Assembly: GCA_965197475.1 (NCBI GenBank)
Contig: CBDANF010000003.1
Span: 224,001-288,000, forward strand
Source of the DNA: Candidatus Poribacteria bacterium
GTDB lineage: Bacteria > Poribacteria > WGA-4E > WGA-3G
Length of the DNA: 64,000 nucleotides
Direction: 5' to 3'
The notes under the pieces were generated by a model, which was not told the DNA's origin, did not search any database, and saw only the letters and a list, made by a program, of their open reading frames with translations. Below, piece by piece: positions 1-10,276 of the stretch. The position numbers and the translations under genes were made by a program. The first letter of the stretch is position 1, and every line of letters begins with the position of its first letter.

Positions 1-169
1 TATCAGTTACCTTAAAATTTGATTACGTATATTTTACCATGCCTACAAGAATATGTCAATTTTATAGATTGACTCAGGAGAACACATTTTCGGCTTGATG
101 CCTATAACAAAATCTGTTATATTAAAAGACAAGCAATTTGTTGGACTAAGGAAGAGTATTCTTTACCTA

Positions 170-1153
170 ATGCGCAAAACTAACTCTAACAAACTGATCG
201 TAGGTTCTCTGATAGCTGAACCCGGGACACGGATGGAAGGGCGTTTGTCCGTTGGAACACTGCCGGATGGCACGCCGATTCGTGTGCCTGTTGTTCTCAT
301 CAATGGAAAACAACCGGGTAAAACTCTCTACCTCCAAGCGATTAGCGATGGAAATGAACTGAACGGTATCGCTGTTATCCACGAAATCTTAAGCCAGATT
401 GAACCTGCAGAATTAAACGGTAAACTGATTGCAGTACCGGTTGTCAACGTCCACGCCTTTCATGCAAAGCAAGCGTATAGTCCTGTTGATAACGTAAAGA
501 TGAACCGTTGTTTCCCCGGACGCGCTGAAGGCACATCAAGCGAGCGTATCGCATATCAGTTATTTGAGAAAGCCATCCGAAACGCTGACTATTGCATCGA
601 CCTGCATCAGGGAGGTGTTCAGCCGATGATTGATGAAGTGCGCGTGCGTGTTGGAGAGAAACATCAATGTCATAGTGCTTGCCTTGCGTTAGCACGCGTC
701 TTCGGTATCGGCTATATTCTTGACCAAAAGGGCCCGAAGGGACAACTTGCCCAAGCTGCGCCGGACATCGGGATACCGACAATTGACCCAGAACTCGGTG
801 GAACACATGGATGGGATACCATTAGTATTGGCAAAGGTGTCCGAGGTGTGCTAAACGTACTTAAACAGTATCAATTTATCAATGGAACACCTGAAATTCC
901 TGACCAGCAGATTGTTGTTAACCGATTTGTGTCTGTCCTCAACAATAAAGGTGGATTCGTCTACTACAAAGCGAAATTATATGATCGGCTTGAAGCACGG
1001 CAACCGATAGCTGAAATTCGCGATGTGTTTGGACATGTATGTGAGGTTGTCCGCAGCCCTGATGAGGGTATATTTTGGTCACACCCGGTCTATCCGATGG
1101 TTGCGAGCGGTGGTATTATCGGTAAAATAGGGACACCAATTAGTTACCTCTGA
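170..1153 (+). CDS. Succinylglutamate desuccinylase/aspartoacylase family (M14-like) protein
   Basis: DGNELNG, NRCFPG, DLHQGG and ELGG motifs plus a C-terminal biotinyl-like domain. The ORF track opens at 95; ATG 170 is preferred because a sigma70-like promoter (TTGATG 95-100 / TATATT 118-123) overlaps the longer start. Confidence 0.85.
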   Translation: MRKTNSNKLIVGSLIAEPGTRMEGRLSVGTLPDGTPIRVPVVLINGKQPGKTLYLQAISDGNELNGIAVIHEILSQIEPAELNGKLIAVPVVNVHAFHAKQAYSPVDNVKMNRCFPGRAEGTSSERIAYQLFEKAIRNADYCIDLHQGGVQPMIDEVRVRVGEKHQCHSACLALARVFGIGYILDQKGPKGQLAQAAPDIGIPTIDPELGGTHGWDTISIGKGVRGVLNVLKQYQFINGTPEIPDQQIVVNRFVSVLNNKGGFVYYKAKLYDRLEARQPIAEIRDVFGHVCEVVRSPDEGIFWSHPVYPMVASGGIIGKIGTPISYL

Positions 1154-1309
1154 AACGGCTTTCGGCTATTGGCTTTCAGCAGTCGGTTACAGAAATTTCT
1201 TTTAGAAAGTTGATTGAAAATCGGGCTTAAAAAGCCCTCCCACAAGAAAGAGAAATCAGAATTACAAATCCTCCGACGAGAGTTGGTATCACCTTTAGGA
1301 AAGAATGGT

Positions 1310-2611
1310 ATGCATAAAAAAAATCGAGAAAACTTTATAGAACAGATGGGGTCTGGGAGCGTTGCAATCTTTGCTAATGCGCCTGCTGCAATGCGGAACC
1401 ACGACACAGAACATATTTATAACCCCGATCCGAATTTTTATTACCTCACAGGTTTTGAAGAACCGGAATCGATTTGTGTTATCGCACCTGACCATCCAAA
1501 ACATCAATATGTTTTGTTTGTGCTTCCCAAAGATGAAAAAGCCGAAATCTGGAACGGCAAACGGGTCGGCGTTGAAGATGCCTGTGCACACTACGGTGCA
1601 GACAAAGCATTCCCAATAGACAAGTTTGAAAAGAGAATAGGCAGATACTTAAAAAAGGCTGAACGGCTGTATTACACGCTTGGCTCCAATGGCCATGTTG
1701 ACGCTGAAATCCTCGCCCGTTTTAAACAGGGTGTGAGGTCGCGTATTCGCACTGGAAAAGGAATCCATACGCTTGTTGATCCGAGTCCAATTCTCAGTGA
1801 AATGCGGTTAATCAAAAATGAGACGGAACTGTATCGTATAAGGCAGGCAGCGGATATTACGGTGGATGGTCATATCGCAGCGATGGTAGCAGCACGTCCG
1901 GGGATGTACGAGTACGAATTAGAGGCGATTGTAGATGCAACCTTCCGTAGCAGTGGCGCAAACGGCACCGCTTTTCCGACAATTGTCGCGAGTGGGGGAA
2001 ACGCAACGATCCTTCATTATAGAACTAACGACTGCCAGATTGAAGATAATACGCTCGTTCTTATTGATGCAGGTGCAGAATATGAACGCTACTGCGGGGA
2101 CGTAACCCGAACCTTTCCTATCAACGGCACTTTTACCGACGCGCAAAGAGAGATATATCAACTTGTTCTTGATGCACATTATGCGATTATTGACACGATT
2201 CGTCCGGGGGTCTCTATTGATGAACCGCACCAAAAATCGATCGAGTTGTTGACAGAGGGGATGCTTAGTCTCGGTCTTTTAAAGGGCAAAACGAAAAAAT
2301 TGATAAAGAAAGAGACATACAAGCAGTTCTATATGTATCGTGTGGGGCACATGATCGGCTTAGATGTTCACGATGTTAATTGTGTTCGCGATGCAGAAGG
2401 TGAGTTTAAAACCTTTGAACCCGGGATGGTCATCACAATTGAACCTGGACTCTACGTTGCGGAAGGCACGAAAAAGGTTCCTACAGATTACCTCGGCATC
2501 GGTGTCCGCATTGAGGACGATATTCTCGTCACGGAGTCCGGCTGTGAGGTGCTAACTGATGTTGTTCCAAAGGAAATTGATGCGATTGAGGAACTGATGA
2601 AACAGGGTTAA
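1310..2611 (+). CDS. pepP: Xaa-Pro aminopeptidase (M24B)
   Basis: FYYLTGFEEP N-domain, DAGAE, GDVTRT, GHMIGLDVHD, EPGLY and GVRIEDD metal-binding motifs. Confidence 0.93.
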   Translation: MHKKNRENFIEQMGSGSVAIFANAPAAMRNHDTEHIYNPDPNFYYLTGFEEPESICVIAPDHPKHQYVLFVLPKDEKAEIWNGKRVGVEDACAHYGADKAFPIDKFEKRIGRYLKKAERLYYTLGSNGHVDAEILARFKQGVRSRIRTGKGIHTLVDPSPILSEMRLIKNETELYRIRQAADITVDGHIAAMVAARPGMYEYELEAIVDATFRSSGANGTAFPTIVASGGNATILHYRTNDCQIEDNTLVLIDAGAEYERYCGDVTRTFPINGTFTDAQREIYQLVLDAHYAIIDTIRPGVSIDEPHQKSIELLTEGMLSLGLLKGKTKKLIKKETYKQFYMYRVGHMIGLDVHDVNCVRDAEGEFKTFEPGMVITIEPGLYVAEGTKKVPTDYLGIGVRIEDDILVTESGCEVLTDVVPKEIDAIEELMKQG

Positions 2612-2648
2612 CTACCCATCATGTGTTATCTGTTGAAGCCATAAACCT

Positions 2649-2822
2649 ATGAGAAATTACCAATTTTATCTCAAAGATATTTATGAAGCAATGAGTGCTG
2701 TCCAAACATTTGTCAAAGGTATTGATTTTGATGCGTTTGTCGTAGATGATAAAACCACCTCTGCTGTCATCTGGAAACTTGAAATTATTGGAGAAGTGGC
2801 TAAAAATATTTTGGAACTGTAA
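2649..2822 (+). pseudogene. Truncated DUF86/HepT-like toxin fragment (57 aa)
   Basis: Manual translation MRNYQFYLKDIYEAM...DDKTTSAVIWKLEIIGEVAKNI matches the N-half of DUF86 proteins. It stops before the RxxxxH motif. Confidence 0.7.
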
Positions 2823-2836
2823 TATTATAATCGGTG

Positions 2837-4601
2837 TTATTCCGTAACAACCGTTTCCTCTCCAAGCATATCAATAATCTTCACAGCAACGCGGGCATCA
2901 GGACGTGGCAACGTTACCGTGTATTCTCCCTCAACAAAATCATCCTTTTTCTCTGGAACATCGCTCTCAACTATTTTGAATCCTGTGTATTCTCCCTCAA
3001 CAAAAATGCTCTCCTGTGTAGTCAGTATCAATTAGCACACAATCAATCTGTGCGCGGAAGTCGTCAATTTGCTCGTCAAAAATGGTGCGGTCTATGTCCA
3101 TACGCGCTAAAATGGTAGGACTAATGTACTCTGCGATGGTAATTTTGAGACTATCTCCCTCTCTCTCAAAATTAACCTCTGCGGATGCAGGCTCAAACGT
3201 AGTTATTCCTTCGCTGCCGATGTCACGCACAAATATTTTGTTTACTGCGCGCCGCCTGTTTTCCTCCTTGAGTTCCGCCTGAATGTTACTATTGGTCCCG
3301 TAGCAAAATACAGTGATGTTGCGCGACTCTTCCGGACGATTCTCAAGTTCATCTTTAATTGTCTGAATATCTAATGGGGTAAGCGGTTTTGTAAGGTCAA
3401 TGATTTTGACGAGTGTTCCGTCAAGTGTTCCATCAAAAAATGCCTCTTGCCTATCAGTTTGCACGCCATATTTTTTAATCACAATATCCCTTCGCTCCAA
3501 ATCGGTACTGGCATCGTAGTTATTGACCCGATAATGCACAATGCCGCGCTGCATATCTGGCAACTTCTGTAGTCTCTTTATTGTCGTTTGAATTGCACCT
3601 TTGTTGATATCTGCAGCGATCCAACGTCTACCGAGTTTTTCAGCAACGGCAGCCGTGGTACCGCTGCCGACAAAGCAGTCAAGCACAATATCACCCTCGT
3701 TTGAAGAAGCATTGATAATACGTTCTACGAGTGCTTCAGGTTTTTGGGTTGGATATCCTATACGTTCATTATCGTCCCCTTGTATAGTAAGTTCCTTTTC
3801 TATCCATAGATTTCCAATAGCGACTCCAGGATTAGTATCAAGGTAGACTTTCTTAACAGTGCCTTGTAGATATTTGCGACCACGAGGTATTGCATAACGT
3901 CGTCCATTTTCGTCAATGTGTCTATATTCAGATTTGATAGTTTCTTCTGATAATGGACGGTATATGGCATTGAAAGTATATCTATCGGTGACAGAGTAAA
4001 ACAGTAAAGTGTCGTTCTCAGTTGTAAATTTTAGCTTCGCTGTATTTTTATGTCCACCATATTTTCTCCACACAATTTCATTTCTAAAGTTAATTTCTCC
4101 AAAAATCTCGTCCAACGTTAACCTCAAATAACTGTTCATTCGCCAGTCACAATGCACATAGATAGCCCCTTTATCTGATAACAATTCCCGCATCAAAATC
4201 AACCGTTCATACATAAATTGAAGATAAGTATCATTTGCCCAGATATCACTGTATTGTATCTGTTCAGCAATAGTGTGTCCTTCAGCCTCCAGAACCTTCT
4301 TTTGACCGCGTAATGCCACTTTCCGCACATAATCAGCACCGCTTGCAAAAGGCGGATCAATGTAGATAAGGTCTATCTTACCACGAAAACCTTGCACCAG
4401 CAGTGTGGAGAGAATCTCTTTGTTATCACCGTGAAAAAGGAGGTTAGGACCGTCCTTAAATTTGTCGTAACTCGGTTCTTTTTCTGCGTTCTCAACGTTA
4501 TAGCTATCTATCAATTGCGCAGGGTAGTTGCTTATCGTGTCAATTGGGCGTTTGCCTACCCAGTGCAGCATGGGTCTGCCTTTAACTGGCTTGATTTTCA
4601 C
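2837..4601 (-). CDS. mod: Type III R-M Mod subunit (beta-class amino-methyltransferase); extreme C-terminus frameshifted by a 25-bp insertion
   Basis: IYIDPPF (motif IV), YPTQKPE and DCFVGSGTT (motif I). Removing 2981-3005 restores YTGEHFKIVESD...VAVKIIDMLGEE in frame to the stop at 2837. Confidence 0.88.
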
Positions 4602-4652
4602 TGTGTTCCTTCTTGTAGTTTAGAAATCGCATAAAATGTTCTGGGTGGGATA

Positions 4653-5222
4653 TTAGGGATTTACTATACGCTGCTGCTTCAATGTTTCTATTTCTCGTGC
4701 AAGTTCTTCAATGCGTCTCTCTTGCTCGCGATCGCTTCTTCCGCGCCATGCAATGAGTATCTGTGGAATGCCTACGGCTAAGACAATAAGAGCTATTAAC
4801 CCGTAAGTGACATTTGTCGCATGTGAGATTTGATCCTTAACGCCATCAAATTGTTTATCAACGCCATCAAATTGTTTATCAACGCCATCAAATTGTTTAT
4901 CAACGCCATCAAATTGTTTATCAACGCCATCAAATTGTTTATCAACGCTATCAAATCGTTTGTCAACACCTTCCAGTTTGCCGCGTATCCAGGAGATGTC
5001 CATGTGAATAGGAAATGAATCCTTTTGCTCTAGCCATGGTTCTGCTCTTCCTTCCTCTACTTTTTGAAGACGGGTATCTAATGCTTTGATTTCTGCTTTT
5101 ATTGGATCTATTTCCTCTTTGAGAATCGATCGGATCTTATCAAGGTCTTGAGGTGTTAAATCAGCGAAAGTTGGCAAAATAATTGTCCACAAGACTATTG
5201 ATAATAATAAAACATTTTTCAT
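4653..5222 (-). CDS. Signal-peptide, coiled-coil heptad-repeat membrane protein
   Basis: N-terminal signal sequence, (DKQFDGV)x5, a C-terminal TM helix and a charged tail. Confidence 0.75.
   Translation of the reverse strand: MKNVLLLSIVLWTIILPTFADLTPQDLDKIRSILKEEIDPIKAEIKALDTRLQKVEEGRAEPWLEQKDSFPIHMDISWIRGKLEGVDKRFDSVDKQFDGVDKQFDGVDKQFDGVDKQFDGVDKQFDGVKDQISHATNVTYGLIALIVLAVGIPQILIAWRGRSDREQERRIEELAREIETLKQQRIVNP
4839..4964. repeat. 21-bp tandem repeat (5 perfect + 1 degenerate copies)
   Basis: AACGCCATCAAATTGTTTATC repeated from 4839; encodes DKQFDGV. Confidence 0.97.
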
Positions 5223-5560
5223 TGTATTTCCTCCAAAATAGCATGCGGTGAGTGAAGGGAGTCTTTTAACTTAGAAAGAATGTCCAACACTTTATCCAAT
5301 TGCGGTGGATGCTCGGTATTAAGGAGATAAGTGAGAGCCTGGGGGTTAAGATTTGTCCATGTGACAAGTTCTTCAATTCCGCCTTGTGCTTCTACAATAT
5401 CTTTCATGGAAAGTAATAGTATCTCAATGTTGCCATCTTTATCAAAATCTTGCAGTGCAGCTTCAAGATAACCTTTTGCAAATTCTGGTTGTGCCAGGTC
5501 TTTGAGAAAATAGTCTTTAAAAGGTGTTGTGTATTGCTGAAGTTTGATATCTGCATTCAT
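5219..5560 (-). CDS. Addiction-module antidote-like HTH protein (HI1420/HigA-like)
   Basis: YLEAALQD...LLSMKDIVEAQGGIEEL...P.LDKVLDIL pattern. Confidence 0.7.
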   Translation of the reverse strand: MNADIKLQQYTTPFKDYFLKDLAQPEFAKGYLEAALQDFDKDGNIEILLLSMKDIVEAQGGIEELVTWTNLNPQALTYLLNTEHPPQLDKVLDILSKLKDSLHSPHAILEEIQ

Positions 5561-5630
5561 CGTTGTTATTCCTTCTCTTGTCAGAATCCGACATTATCCA
5601 TAAACCAAACCATTACATCTGTTCTCAATG

Positions 5631-5900
5631 TCAAAGTTCATCAAGCAACTTCTCATATTCTGTATGTGGACCAATCCAGAACCAAACAATTACTCCATTT
5701 TCAATAACGCCAACTGCTCGGTAATTGATGTTGATACGAACAGAGTAAATTGACTCAGTATTGTGTACTTTCTTGAATCGTAGACTTGGATGGTGTGAGT
5801 TTTCGGTGAACAGTCTATAAGCTTCTTTAGCTTGATGTTGAATGTTACCTGGTAATTTCGCGAGCATCTGACGAAAGCGTTTTGTTGTTCTTGAATTCAT
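5631..5900 (-). CDS. RelE/ParE-superfamily toxin
   Basis: HPSLRFKKV, YSVRININYRAVG and WFWIGPHTEYEKL motifs; overlaps the upstream gene by 4 nt. Confidence 0.8.
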   Translation of the reverse strand: MNSRTTKRFRQMLAKLPGNIQHQAKEAYRLFTENSHHPSLRFKKVHNTESIYSVRININYRAVGVIENGVIVWFWIGPHTEYEKLLDEL

Positions 5901-6115
5901 AGTTGGTCTGGATTGAGTTCCTGTGTTTGACCACTACGATGTTCGGCAATTGCTTCAGAAGCCAATTTGGATAACGCCTCTTGAGAATTGGCGAATAACC
6001 TATCCCACTGTCTTTCAGAGCAGAGTTCAGCAAGTACCCAATCTGCTAGGGCATCCTGTTCCTTCGGTGAGAGCTTTGATGCTTCTGTAAAAGCTTGTTC
6101 AAGTCGCGTTGTCAT
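5897..6115 (-). CDS. Cognate antitoxin of the RelE-like toxin
   Basis: 72-aa acidic protein MTTRLEQAFTEASKLSPKEQDALA..., GGAGG RBS, translationally coupled to the toxin. Confidence 0.75.
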   Translation of the reverse strand: MTTRLEQAFTEASKLSPKEQDALADWVLAELCSERQWDRLFANSQEALSKLASEAIAEHRSGQTQELNPDQL

Positions 6116-6273
6116 TGAGATACCTCCGTACAAAAAGTGGTTAGCGATGTCAATGCTATGGTAAGCACAATTATCTGATTGCAAGTCTGATTAAGTATAA
6201 GATATTCACAGCGAATTGTCAACCTGTTTCCTCACCGCAAGGTGATTCATTTTAGATGAATACGTTTGTTTCA

Positions 6274-8922
6274 TCATTGTTTCTGTAAGGGTTCGTTCCC
6301 ATAAATCCATTCGCGAATTTTCTGCATTTCGTCTATATTCTCCTGTAGAAAAGCGTCCTTCGTATAAATGACGTGATATTCAAAGTGAGCGTCCGGTTGT
6401 AACTTTGCCAGACGTTTCACCGCCTTCTTTTTCGCCACGACGTCCGGGGCACCGCGTTCGCTTTCAGACTTAATCTCAACAATGTAGAATTCTCCTGTGT
6501 TCTTGACGATGACAAAATCGGGAAAATAGCGGTGATAATTGTTATCAGTGCCTTTGTATTCAAAGTGAAAATCGGTTTTCTTGGTATTCGTTAAACTTCC
6601 GGTAAACAGGAATACTTTGACATCTGCAACGGATTCCTTAAGTGTTAACAAAATCGTTTTAAAGAAATTCTGTTCGGGGCCGCTATCAAAATCGTAGGGC
6701 GTATAATGAAAACTCGCATCGTGATCGTCATCTAAGTCCTCTTCACTGAGCAGCAGGTCAGCTTTACTTTTGCGCAGGCGCACCTTGTGAACGTAGCAGT
6801 CCTCAGCCGCATCTTTTTCAAAAAGTAGGTTGCCATCGTCATCGTGGATACGGATAAGCGCGAGGTATTCCGTAATCGTTTCCTCAATCACTTCGTAATT
6901 TTGCTGTTGGTCTTCCACCTGTTTGCATAGCGAATCGAAGTGTTTGAACGGGACTTGCCCCTCTGGATAAAGCTTTTTCAGGATTTTGAGCGTCTCTATA
7001 ACAGAGAGATGATAGTTTGTTGCAAGTCGTCTTGCAAGTGTGTAGCAATCCGTTGTCCGATTAGCAATCTCCACCTTGTCCTGCGCGCCTAACGCTGTTA
7101 GAGGAGAGGCACCCCGCTGCGTAAAATCGGGAGTCAGAATGCTGCGAAATGCAGGTGGAGTCTCCCTTACATCTGTAGGCTTATACAACTGAATTGCTTT
7201 AGGTGCATTTTCCAGAGGAACAACCTTGCACACCAATTGCATAATTTTTAATTTCGGTAAATCAGTTTTGCGAATGCGAAGTGCAACCTCCTCTGTTTCT
7301 GCGTCTTGTCTACGCAGTTCACCAAGTGTGGTGCCGAAGTTTGCTTGTAATTCTTTATCTAAAATCGTACTGTTTTTCGTATCCAAAAAGATTTTTGCTG
7401 TCCGTGTGTTACCTTTTACTTGACGTAGGCATCGCGTTGAGGCTTGCAAGATAAAGTTACTACTCGTTGTTTGTTCTTTAATAAGCGCGCAAGCGAATAG
7501 ACTTGGACAATTCCATCCCTCTGTCCCTTTGCCAATAAGTAGAATAATACGTTTTTGGCTGTCAGGATTGTTAAGTTGGTTGAATTCATCAATCTCGGCT
7601 TGACTGGATTTTTGGGTATTAACGAGTATCTGCGTGGTGTTCTCTCCGATTTCTGTTAGCGCGTTTTGGATGTGCTGATTGGAAGCATCCAAATGTTCTT
7701 GCGTCCTGAAGTAAAAGGCGATTTTGGATTTCGCACCATCGGGCAATGATACATCACCGTAGTTATCAAAAAAATCGTTGATAACGCTACGGATCACGTC
7801 TTGGTCAGGAATAGTTCCGATAGGATACTGAACAATGCCGTTGTGAAGACTTTTAAGGATGTTGTCCTTTATCCCTTCACCGAGACTATACCATGCCACA
7901 ACTTCTCTGAGCATCTGCCGTTTGGCGTAAGGGGTGCCGGTGGTGTTGATAACAGCTATGAGAGGCGTTTTCTCATGTATGTAGTTAACTGTTTCGCGTA
8001 CCCGTTTGAGTTCTGTGTCTATTTTGTTTCCATAAGTATGATGTGCCTCGTCTGAGAAGACCCCTAAACTTGGCAAACTCGTTATTTTTTGGAGACGGAG
8101 GTTTGCCTCTAATTCTGCTTGTTCCTTCTTTTCCTCAAATTCAAACAGCGACTGATTTGCCCGCTGCCTCATGTTTGCTCTCAAACTAATTTTCTCGGTG
8201 TTCGTGACGATGACGTTGAAAGCACTACCCGCTTGGACTTGAATCTCTTTTGCCCCGGTCTGTGGGTAGGTAAGCTTGAGATTGGCAAGGAAGTCACGGT
8301 GTAGACTGGGCGGTAGAATTTGATCAAAAGGAATGTCACTGATTTCACGGAGACTTTCAATAATCGTTGTGCCGGGAGCAAAGACGAGGGCATTTTTCAT
8401 AAATTCGCCATTAGGATAGCGGAGTGTCATCGCGAATTCGGTTGCAATAATAGTGCCGATAAGAACCGTCTTGCCTGTGCCCATTGCAAGCGCAAAGATA
8501 TAACTTGGATATGGAAGGCTTATCGCTTCGTAAACAGGATCAATTCCTTTCTGTTTAAAGAATTCGGGTTTCTCTTTCACTAAGTTAATGACGGCATCAA
8601 CATTCTGAATCAACATCGCTTCGTTTTCAGTGATTGGAATACCGAATGCTTCACAGAAATCGCGTATATCGCCAGTTGTATCGTAGTAGTGTTTATAGAG
8701 TTCAACAATATGCGGGGTGTTCAGGACTAATCTGATATACCAGTAGAGTTCCAGTGATTGGAATTGCGGTTCACGGAGGTATTTGAGGTGGACGCGTTCC
8801 CCTGCTTCGCCTTCAAATTGCCAGCGTAGCACCTCTCCGATAAGCGGGTAATCTTGGCAAGGGTATCCATCTTTACGCCATTTTAGTGTGTCGGCACGTA
8901 GTTTTTCATAGAGGTGTTGCAT
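6274..8922 (-). CDS. res: Type III R-M Res subunit (SF2 helicase + PD-(D/E)xK nuclease)
   Basis: AMGTGKT Walker A, DEAHH, EGWNCP, QASTRCLR and C-terminal YFPDF...VEIK. Confidence 0.88.
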   Translation of the reverse strand: MQHLYEKLRADTLKWRKDGYPCQDYPLIGEVLRWQFEGEAGERVHLKYLREPQFQSLELYWYIRLVLNTPHIVELYKHYYDTTGDIRDFCEAFGIPITENEAMLIQNVDAVINLVKEKPEFFKQKGIDPVYEAISLPYPSYIFALAMGTGKTVLIGTIIATEFAMTLRYPNGEFMKNALVFAPGTTIIESLREISDIPFDQILPPSLHRDFLANLKLTYPQTGAKEIQVQAGSAFNVIVTNTEKISLRANMRQRANQSLFEFEEKKEQAELEANLRLQKITSLPSLGVFSDEAHHTYGNKIDTELKRVRETVNYIHEKTPLIAVINTTGTPYAKRQMLREVVAWYSLGEGIKDNILKSLHNGIVQYPIGTIPDQDVIRSVINDFFDNYGDVSLPDGAKSKIAFYFRTQEHLDASNQHIQNALTEIGENTTQILVNTQKSSQAEIDEFNQLNNPDSQKRIILLIGKGTEGWNCPSLFACALIKEQTTSSNFILQASTRCLRQVKGNTRTAKIFLDTKNSTILDKELQANFGTTLGELRRQDAETEEVALRIRKTDLPKLKIMQLVCKVVPLENAPKAIQLYKPTDVRETPPAFRSILTPDFTQRGASPLTALGAQDKVEIANRTTDCYTLARRLATNYHLSVIETLKILKKLYPEGQVPFKHFDSLCKQVEDQQQNYEVIEETITEYLALIRIHDDDGNLLFEKDAAEDCYVHKVRLRKSKADLLLSEEDLDDDHDASFHYTPYDFDSGPEQNFFKTILLTLKESVADVKVFLFTGSLTNTKKTDFHFEYKGTDNNYHRYFPDFVIVKNTGEFYIVEIKSESERGAPDVVAKKKAVKRLAKLQPDAHFEYHVIYTKDAFLQENIDEMQKIREWIYGNEPLQKQ

Positions 8923-8959
8923 TTAAGTGTATTACCTAAAGAGTGGAGGTGAATTAACG

Positions 8960-9223
8960 TTATTCATCGTCTATGATTGAAATATCTATAATTTCAGGTT
9001 CAGAAATCTTGGCATTTTCTTGTTCTAAGATTTTGGTGATTAAACTTTCTATTGAATGTATTATATTCTCTAACCCTCTTAAGTCCGTTGAAAATTGTGC
9101 TCTTTCTAATGGAGAAAGTACTGTAGGGTTAGCAAGCCTTCTTTGTATAGGTGCCAGTTTTTTTTGAGCAGGTTTTAATGCTGTTTGAAGTAAAGATAGC
9201 GTTAATTTAGTTTCTTCATCCAT
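8960..9223 (-). CDS. Hypothetical protein
   Basis: 87-aa ORF with AAGGA RBS directly upstream of res; no recognisable motif. Confidence 0.5.
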   Translation of the reverse strand: MDEETKLTLSLLQTALKPAQKKLAPIQRRLANPTVLSPLERAQFSTDLRGLENIIHSIESLITKILEQENAKISEPEIIDISIIDDE

Positions 9224-9532
9224 TAGAGTGTTCCTTGCAATGTTATAAGTGAGATTTGTCTGAAAAATGATTTACAACAGCTGGCTGAAAAATTCCTATC
9301 CACATCGGAATTATACCAGGCTTGAGTAAAATGGGCAATGAAATTAACATGAGGAGTGTGTAAATATTTTGCCACTTAGGTTCAATTGCGAAAAGAACCC
9401 CGTGTTTTTCTACTGTAGGGCACAAGGACGCGCTCCCACAATAAGGGATGTGCGGTTATGACAATCTTTACACACTCCAATCCAACCTACAGGCTGAAAT
9501 ATGATTAAGGAGTCTTATTTCCCAATTAAAAC

Positions 9533-9561
9533 TTGAAAAACTGCAAAACGTGTGTTATAAT
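9533..9561 (+). promoter_or_regulatory. Sigma70-type promoter for the ECF operon
   Basis: TTGAAA-17 nt-TATAAT with TGn extension. Confidence 0.6.
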
Positions 9562-9661
9562 TCTGTTAAATTCCCCTCAGTAAAAAAAATCTAAAAAAAA
9601 ATGAAGAAATTATATTTCCGATACAACTAATTCTGTAACATCTGCGCGAGGTGGACATTTT

Positions 9662-10219
9662 ATGATTCCAGATGATGTTTATGTGCACAAAACAGTAGAG
9701 GGCGATGTTGAGGCATTTAACGAATTGGTCAATCGCCACCATACCAAAATATATGGGCTTGCATACCGCATGCTCGGCAATGCCGAAGATGCCGAAGATG
9801 CCACGCAAGAAACGTTCTTAGAAGCTTATAAGTCAATAAAAACGTTTCGATTCCAATCGCAATTTGGAACGTGGTTGTATAAGGTCGGTATAAACACTTG
9901 TAATCAATACATCCGAAAAGCCAAATCCCGTAACAGAATGCTGGACGCTTATACTGAAGACACTGCAGCGCGAGGCATGACTGAAGAATGGGAAGTACCT
10001 GAACGGATGGTGATTAAGACTGAACAACGTCAGGTGATTCAAGCGGCTATTGACCGGCTGCCTCCGAAGCAGCGTGAGGTCGTCACGCTGTATTATATGC
10101 AACAACTTAAATACAAAGAGATCGCTGAAATCCTTAACTGCTCTCTCGGAACTGTTGCCTCACGATTAAATAAAGCCATGCAGAATCTCAAAACGAAGTT
10201 GGAAAAATGCTACTTTTGA
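9662..10219 (+). CDS. ECF sigma factor
   Basis: DAEDATQETFL, FGTWLYKV (region 2) and YKEIAEILNCSLGTVASRL (region 4). Confidence 0.93.
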   Translation: MIPDDVYVHKTVEGDVEAFNELVNRHHTKIYGLAYRMLGNAEDAEDATQETFLEAYKSIKTFRFQSQFGTWLYKVGINTCNQYIRKAKSRNRMLDAYTEDTAARGMTEEWEVPERMVIKTEQRQVIQAAIDRLPPKQREVVTLYYMQQLKYKEIAEILNCSLGTVASRLNKAMQNLKTKLEKCYF

Positions 10220-10276
10220 GTAATCATGGTTACTACGTGAGCCAATTCTTAACTCATTGAAGCGAGGATTATTAAA

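Noticed and set aside
4839-4964. Tandem array as CRISPR or a non-coding repeat
   Set aside because: No spacers; it is an in-frame coding heptad repeat.
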